A DNA stretch of 63,926 nt, filler included, from Nitrospirota bacterium (GTDB lineage: Bacteria > UBA2233), in assembly GCA_011620345.1 (NCBI GenBank). It is 8 parts of 8 records of this genome, joined end to end, with 100 filler letters (N's around TTAATTAATTAA, not from the genome) between each part and the next. Parts side by side here need not be neighbours in the genome. Positions count along the whole stretch, not along the records: positions 51,635 to 59,389 come from WOZJ01000007.1; positions 59,490 to 63,926 come from WOZJ01000056.1; 6 more parts are not named here. One strand, written 5' to 3'. The notes below the pieces were generated by a model. It was given only the letters and a program-made list of their open reading frames with translations, searched no databases and was not told the origin of the DNA. Below, piece after piece: positions 58,412 to 63,926 of the stretch. The translations under genes and the position numbers were made by a program. The number at the start of each line of letters is the position of its first letter. The first letter of the stretch is position 1.

Positions 58412-59254
58412 CTATAGGCCTCTAGGAGGATGATTCGACCAATCGACCTTCTCGATATCTACATGGCATGTCGTACAGTTCATCTGCGCCTTGACGTTCA
58501 AGTTGTACGCATTCTGGGCATCGACATGGCAAGTAACACAGGCCGAATATTCTCCTGAAGGCTCATAAGTCGCTAAGTACTTCCCGTCATAGTCATCGTT
58601 GATCATTTTGGCGACATGAAACGCCACGTCTCCGGCAACCTTGGCGCACCTGTCGGCCCTTTCAGGGCTGAGTGCCGTGATCGAAGGCCGTTCTTTCCTT
58701 GCACCGTTGACCCATGTGGTGACGCTGATGTGGCATATCGGGCTTTTGGCAACCGTCTTGGGTTGATTTTTGTATTTCGCGTAGGCATCATGGTCCGTGC
58801 TTGGAAATTCCTGCTTGGAATACCAGTCGAAAAGATCGTTTATGAGCTTTTGATACGTCAATGGATTGCCCACGAGGTTTAGTACGGCCGCAGCACCATT
58901 CAACGTGCCACAAACCGTTCCCCATCCGGCGATGCCCCCACCGCCGTAGCGGTACATATCCACGGGAAGCGTCGTAAAAGGCGCTCCGATATCGGCCTGC
59001 AAAGCCCTAACGAGTGTTGCCGCCACGGCGAACATGCACTCTCCCTCATAAAAGTTCTCGTACGCGCTCTGCCGGATCGCAACAGGATCAAAGCGGTAAG
59101 AGCCTAAAGTCCAGGGCAGTCTGAGCGTTCTGGGCGCCTCCAGGGTTTGCGCCATACCATCTTGGCCTAAGAGCCTACCCAACCCAAAAGCCCCGCCTGT
59201 TATCACCCCTGCGGCCATCAAAAGACCTCTTCGCGAAACGTTTCCCTCAGACAT
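58412..59254 (-). CDS. Split-Soret cytochrome c-like (C-GCAxxG-C-C family) protein, Tat-exported
   Basis: SRRGLL Tat motif; YGGGGIAGWGTVCGTLNGA, ICHISV, RCAKVAGDV; C-terminal CVTCH and CTTCH. Confidence 0.85.
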   Translation of the reverse strand: MSEGNVSRRGLLMAAGVITGGAFGLGRLLGQDGMAQTLEAPRTLRLPWTLGSYRFDPVAIRQSAYENFYEGECMFAVAATLVRALQADIGAPFTTLPVDMYRYGGGGIAGWGTVCGTLNGAAAVLNLVGNPLTYQKLINDLFDWYSKQEFPSTDHDAYAKYKNQPKTVAKSPICHISVTTWVNGARKERPSITALSPERADRCAKVAGDVAFHVAKMINDDYDGKYLATYEPSGEYSACVTCHVDAQNAYNLNVKAQMNCTTCHVDIEKVDWSNHPPRGL

Positions 59255-59312
59255 TCTCTCCTCTCCCCTTTTTGGCCTAAGGAGCGCCCCTTTTGGCCTC
59301 AAGCACTTGCGT

Positions 59313-59389
59313 TTAGTAGGCTACGGGGAACCCCGCGGCCGTCCAGTTGGTCGTTCCGCCGATTAAGTCATACACCTGCGTGAATCCCT
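59313..59389 (-). CDS. Rhodanese-like domain protein, C-terminal fragment truncated by contig end
   Basis: Not in the ORF track; manual translation GFTQVYDLIGGTTNWTAAGFPVAY* matches the rhodanese C-terminal GF..V..L.GG...W...G.PV pattern. Confidence 0.75.
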
Positions 59390-59489
59390 NNNNNNNNNNN
59401 NNNNNNNNNNNNNNNNNNNNNNNNNNNNNNNNNTTAATTAATTAANNNNNNNNNNNNNNNNNNNNNNNNNNNNNNNNNNNNNNNNNNNN

Positions 59490-60030
59490 AAGGCACGATG
59501 ACGTAGGGCCAAAGCGGCTCGTACTCCCAAATGCTGTAGTTTAGCTCTAGGCTTGCCGAGCTGCCACACTGCGAGATGACCGTGGCGCGCGCGGCGGGCA
59601 AGGAGAACTGGGGCAGAATAATTTCGCCCTGGATGGCCTGGCCCTCAGAGATGAAGGCAAGCGGCACGCCGCCTGGAAAGCTGAGCGTAAAAAGGGCATC
59701 GTACGCATCTTGTGTGTTTTGGGATTGGGTATTTCCGTAGCCAGACGGCGCGGGGACGATGCTCAGGCTTGTTTGCCCGCCCCTCGGGAAATCCAAAATT
59801 ACCTCCCTTAAGCCATTTTGGGCGGTCTGCACGGGAAGCATGGGCCCGTAGGGGCTTTCTGGGTCTGGGCTTACGGTAACGGCGATGCGCCCTCCTTGGG
59901 GGGTGAACGCGTACACTGCGCCGTTGCACCGAAGGCTGGCCTGGGCGGGCGGGCTTTGAGGAAAAGCCGACCCAACGGCAAGAAGCCAGGCAAACGCCGC
60001 CATTCTTAAAACGCGTCCGGCATTCCCCAT
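59490..60030 (-). CDS. Hypothetical exported protein, 3' truncated
   Basis: Signal peptide-like N-terminus; ORF runs off the contig start. Confidence 0.6.
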
Positions 60031-60112
60031 CAACGGGAATCTATGATAATATGGGCTTTCAGCGGGCATGGGGCCTGCTCCTTATTTGATGGTGTATACT
60101 GCAGAACGACAG

Positions 60113-60700
60113 ATGACACGAACGAAAACCCTGATTATTTGCAGCGTGGCTTTCTTTCTGGCCCTTGCTGGATCGTCCGCGATTTTTGCCCAATCGAGCC
60201 CGTCTTCCTCCTCTTACATTAATTTTAACGTGTCCATCAACGTGCGGGAAGGGCCGGGGGTCAGTTTTCGCTCGGTTGGTTCCGTCAAGCCTGGAGACCG
60301 GGTTCAGGTCATCGGAAAACAGACAGGCTGGGCCAAAATTCGCCCCGAAGGGAAGGCGCTGATCGGCTGGGTTGCCGAAAGTTTCGTAAGCCAAGGAGCG
60401 CCCCCCATAGTCCTGATCGAAGAGCATAACGATGCCCTTGCCAAGAAAGATGCGGAGATCGAAGCCCTCAAGCGCGAGAACGAATCGTTCAAGCGCATCG
60501 TGGGCACGCTTCCAAAGGAGTTCCTCCGGCCTGATGTTCCCGTCGAAGAGATGCTCAAGCGGCAGGTTGATTATTACGACCGGCTCGTCCGGCTGAAATG
60601 GTTCATGGGCGGAGGAGTGGTCTTTGTCGTAGGGCTGTTGTTTGGGGTTCTTGTCGGACGCGGCAGGCGTAGGTCCCAAAAGCGGCTGATGTTGGATTAG
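60113..60700 (+). CDS. SH3b-domain protein with coiled coil and C-terminal TM (YgiM-like)
   Basis: INVREGPG, GWAKIR, GWVAESFV, WFMGGGVVFVVGLLFG followed by basic tail. Confidence 0.85.
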   Translation: MTRTKTLIICSVAFFLALAGSSAIFAQSSPSSSSYINFNVSINVREGPGVSFRSVGSVKPGDRVQVIGKQTGWAKIRPEGKALIGWVAESFVSQGAPPIVLIEEHNDALAKKDAEIEALKRENESFKRIVGTLPKEFLRPDVPVEEMLKRQVDYYDRLVRLKWFMGGGVVFVVGLLFGVLVGRGRRRSQKRLMLD

Positions 60701-60711
60701 GCGGCCGAACC

Positions 60712-63261
60712 GTGGGATTTTCGCTTGCCTTCCGCCTTCTTAGGGGCTCGCTCAGGCATGATATGCTCCGGGCAGCACTTACGCTTTTTACAATAACCCT
60801 TTCGATCGCCTCGTTCTTCTCCATCCTCACCTTTAACATGAACGTGATGGAAGCCTTCCGCAAGACGCTCGAGGCCTTTTCCGGAAGGGCCACGCTAGAA
60901 ATCCACACGCCGAAGGTTGGGATTCCAGAAAGCTACCTCGAGACGGTACGAGACATGGGCGAGATTAAGGTGGCCGCGCCCGTCGTCCGCGGCATGGTCT
61001 TGCTCAAGGGGCTCAAGGACCTGCCCGTACAGGTAATCGGCATCGACCCGTTTTCTGACAGCGCGATCCGTAGCTACGAGTCCGGGGATGAAAACGTAGA
61101 AGACCCGCTCAAGTTCCTCACCTCTCCAAGAAGCGTTTTGCTGCCCAAACGCTTGGCTCAAAGGCTCGGGCTCGATACGGGGGGATCCTTCGAGGTTCTT
61201 TCTCCTTCAGGAGCCAAAAAGCTGGAGGTTCGGGGGACGGTTCGCGAGGTTGGGCCGGCTACGATTTTTGGCGGGGAGGTGCTGATCATGGACTACTGGG
61301 CGGCACAGGCCCTGCTCGCCAAAACCGAGAGTGTAGACGAAATTTCCGTTCTGGCAAGAGAAGGCGTTGCCGTTGCCGGCCTGAAGGCAAAGCTTGCCAG
61401 GGCTTTGCCCGGCTACGTGAATATCGAGGAGCCTCAGCTAAGGAAAGAGGGCGGAACGAGAATTCTCGGTTCGCTGGAGTTCCTTCTAGGGTCCGTTGGG
61501 ATGCTTGTGATGGGCGTAGCGTTTTTCGTGGCTTACAACACGTTCCAGGTTGCCTTCTTAAGGCGTTCGCGGGAGTTCGGAATACTGCGGCTTGAAGGGG
61601 CAACCACCACCCAGCTGATCGGGTTCCTTTTGACCGAAACCCTTTTGATCGGCGTGCTCGGTTCGCTTCTTGGCGTATGGCTAGGGTTTTGGCTCGCCAA
61701 GCTCAACTTCTTGCTGGGCAAAGAAATGGTGGCCGCGCTCTACTTCCGTATGCTTCCCCGTGAAATGACCGTATCGCAAACCTATGGCATTCTTACGGGC
61801 GGGGTAGGGGTAGCGGTTAGCATCCTAGCCGGTGTCATTCCCGCCCTTTCCATGAGACGCTTGAGCCCGCTCGAAGCGCTGAGGCCGCTAGGTTTTCGTC
61901 AGAATGGTGCCCTAGACCGTCCAAAGGTCACGATGGGGGTGTCGGCGTTCATGCTCTGCGCCTGCGTTGCCGTTGTCAACGTTAGGGCTCCGGCCATTCC
62001 GGTTTTTCTTAAGGGTGCGCTTGCCATACTGCTTGCCTTTGGGGCGTTTGGCGTGGCGCTGCCGGTTTTGCTGCGTACGAGCGCAAAGGTGCTTCGTTCG
62101 GTCTTGGGGGATCGAGCGCTGCTAAAGCTGGGCACGGAACAGTTCGAGAGGACGGCGAAACGGAGCGCGTTTGCCGCGTTTGCAGTTTTGCTTAGCTTCA
62201 CGCTGTTTATAGGGATTGAGCTGATCCTAAAGAGCTTTCAAGGGAGCGTGTACAACTGGGCCGTGTACACGATCCGGAACGACCTGACCGTTCTCCCAAA
62301 GGGGGCGATGCCTGGCAGGCCCACGTTTCCGCTTCCGCAGGGCTTGAGGGGGCGTATTGCACGCGTCCCTTCCGTGGAATCGGTCGGCAGGTACAGGGCA
62401 ATCCAAGTTCGGCTTCCGGAGAAAAACTACGAATGCACGCTCCAAGCCTACGATTTCGACGTGTTTTACCGCTATTCCAAGGATATCCTGATCAAAGGAC
62501 GTCCCCCGGCGCCGAACGCACCGAACGAGGTGGTCGTTTCCTACACGCTTTCGAGGAGGCTTGGGCTTGACACGGGCGACACCTTTCTTCTGGCGGGGAA
62601 AACGAACGCGCGCCGGGTCAAGGTCGCCGGGGTCATTCAGGATTACTCGAGCGAGCGTGGGGTCGTAGGGTTGGATTACGCATCCTACCAAGAGATGTTC
62701 CAAGACGGCACTGTCGAGAGCTTTTCGGTGTACCTCAAACCTGGAACCGGCCTTGAAGCTGCAAGAGCCGAGATCTACCGCGTGCTCGAGCCTGCTACCC
62801 CAGTGTCGATCCTGAGCAACAAGGAGTTCAAGGCCGAAGTTCTTTCGATCATGGACCGCTTCTTCATGATTCTTTCGTTGATTGCCTACACGGCGTTGGG
62901 GATCGGCGCCTTTTCCATGGCCTCGATCTTGATTTCCCAGATTCGCGAAAGGCAAAGCCAGCTTTCTTTCCTTCGCGCCATCGGGGCCAGCAGGGGGCAG
63001 GTCAAGGGGCTTATTTATTTAGAGACGTTCTACTTGGCCGCGTTCGGCTGGCTTTTTGGCAGCGTGCTGGGTTGGATTATGGCAAGGCTTGGTGTGATCT
63101 TGATAGGGGAGGGGACGGGGTTTTTCATCGGCCTTCGGTTCGATCTGCAGCCATTCGCCATGGCCTTGGCAGCCGGGGGGACGCTTGCACTCCTGACGTC
63201 GATGATTCCAGCAAGGCAGGCCGCGGGCCTGGAGATCGTCAAGGGGCTGCAGTACGAATGA
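60712..63261 (+). CDS. FtsX/MacB-like ABC transporter permease (duplicated architecture)
   Basis: Two periplasmic plus FtsX halves; RSREFGILRLEGA and RQSQLSFLRAIGA; ends GLQYE. Confidence 0.88.
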   Translation: MGFSLAFRLLRGSLRHDMLRAALTLFTITLSIASFFSILTFNMNVMEAFRKTLEAFSGRATLEIHTPKVGIPESYLETVRDMGEIKVAAPVVRGMVLLKGLKDLPVQVIGIDPFSDSAIRSYESGDENVEDPLKFLTSPRSVLLPKRLAQRLGLDTGGSFEVLSPSGAKKLEVRGTVREVGPATIFGGEVLIMDYWAAQALLAKTESVDEISVLAREGVAVAGLKAKLARALPGYVNIEEPQLRKEGGTRILGSLEFLLGSVGMLVMGVAFFVAYNTFQVAFLRRSREFGILRLEGATTTQLIGFLLTETLLIGVLGSLLGVWLGFWLAKLNFLLGKEMVAALYFRMLPREMTVSQTYGILTGGVGVAVSILAGVIPALSMRRLSPLEALRPLGFRQNGALDRPKVTMGVSAFMLCACVAVVNVRAPAIPVFLKGALAILLAFGAFGVALPVLLRTSAKVLRSVLGDRALLKLGTEQFERTAKRSAFAAFAVLLSFTLFIGIELILKSFQGSVYNWAVYTIRNDLTVLPKGAMPGRPTFPLPQGLRGRIARVPSVESVGRYRAIQVRLPEKNYECTLQAYDFDVFYRYSKDILIKGRPPAPNAPNEVVVSYTLSRRLGLDTGDTFLLAGKTNARRVKVAGVIQDYSSERGVVGLDYASYQEMFQDGTVESFSVYLKPGTGLEAARAEIYRVLEPATPVSILSNKEFKAEVLSIMDRFFMILSLIAYTALGIGAFSMASILISQIRERQSQLSFLRAIGASRGQVKGLIYLETFYLAAFGWLFGSVLGWIMARLGVILIGEGTGFFIGLRFDLQPFAMALAAGGTLALLTSMIPARQAAGLEIVKGLQYE

Positions 63262-63270
63262 ACGACGCGT

Positions 63271-63909
63271 TCAGCCGCCCTGCTTCGTTTCGCTTCGCTC
63301 GGCCAGCCAGCCGATAAGCGGCGGGACCCAGCAAAGGTTGGCGACGATCGTCTCGAGTGCCGTATAGACTTGGGTTGTTGGGCTGAACCCCAAAAGCCTT
63401 GCAGAAAGGAGCCCTAAGGGGACCAATACCACCACCGTAAGGCTTGCCATCATGACGCTCGAGCGTACGTAGGCTCGAAGCGCGCGGCTCCAGCCATTCT
63501 CTTGACGCTTGAGGAATAAAAAGCCCGATACATTACCCCCTATCTGGTCGGAGAGCGCGTAGAAGTAAGGAATATAGAACCCTTCGATACCGTAGACGTC
63601 CACCCCGGCAAGACGGCTGCCGAAATCAACGACCCATGGCACCGCCATCCCAAAGAGCTTGCCCCACCCGTAGGCCTCGGCCATGCCGGCCTTGGCCCCA
63701 GAAAGACGCTGCCGTACGGCAAAAAGCCCCTCGAATAGGCTCTCTCCCTCACCCGACAGCGTTCGGACGAGCACTTGGCCTAGAGCGCTGCGCCCTAGAT
63801 CTTTGGCATCGAGCAGGAAGCCGGCCAGTAGCCCCGCTCCGTACCCCAAAAATGTGAACTGGATGAGCTCAGAAAACCTTCCCTCTTCGTTGGGCTCTTT
63901 GTGCTCCAC
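63271..63909 (-). CDS. Hypothetical membrane protein
   Basis: 212-aa ORF with several hydrophobic segments, convergent on the permease; start near window edge uncertain. Confidence 0.7.
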   Translation of the reverse strand: MEHKEPNEEGRFSELIQFTFLGYGAGLLAGFLLDAKDLGRSALGQVLVRTLSGEGESLFEGLFAVRQRLSGAKAGMAEAYGWGKLFGMAVPWVVDFGSRLAGVDVYGIEGFYIPYFYALSDQIGGNVSGFLFLKRQENGWSRALRAYVRSSVMMASLTVVVLVPLGLLSARLLGFSPTTQVYTALETIVANLCWVPPLIGWLAERSETKQGG

Positions 63910-63926
63910 GACGGAAACGGGCTTTT

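Noticed and set aside
55066-59254. Selenocysteine or pyrrolysine recoding in the cytochrome operon
   Set aside because: The ORFs appear complete with no in-frame stop splitting a domain
1-63926. CRISPR array, prophage, integron or anti-phage defence locus
   Set aside because: No regularly spaced repeats, cas, integrase, phage structural or recognisable defence genes were seen

Overview
The window is a concatenation of eight short contigs from one bacterial draft or metagenome-assembled genome, joined by 100-nt N linkers containing TTAATTAATTAA, so gene neighbourhoods hold only within a contig. Gene order (rplM-rpsI-argC; hpt followed by a zinc-ribbon protein), tRNA-Arg(UCG) and the cytochrome content suggest a deltaproteobacterium-like organism (inference). 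Contig 1 has a TRAP/TPAT transporter divergent from ALDH, Fe-ADH and a second DctP, with a decayed GMC-oxidoreductase fragment between them. Contig 2 has a six-gene hyf-like Ehr complex whose large subunit lacks the NiFe cysteines. Contig 3 has BtrH-like, DUF3365, thiolase, DUF35 and cobT genes plus an acyl-CoA ligase, VIT1 and a diguanylate cyclase. Contig 4 has glpDK, a CitE-like lyase, hpt, tatA and a long-chain acyl-CoA ligase. Contig 5 has a PAS-GGDEF protein, two Tat-exported XDH-family molybdoenzymes with maturases, and the 3' end of a group II intron. Contig 6 has acpS, tRNA-Arg, the PrkA-YeaH-SpoVR triad, rplM, rpsI, argC and cysE, bounded at both ends by a CGATAG-footed REP-like repeat. 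Contig 7 has GntR, DksA, Mut7-C, a probable PPi-dependent PFK, and a rhodanese / split-Soret cytochrome / triheme / Rieske / cyt b / subunit IV / multiheme cytochrome operon, the best candidate for a novel system. Contig 8 has an SH3 protein, an FtsX-type permease and hypothetical proteins. Family calls come from motif recognition only; no searches were run.
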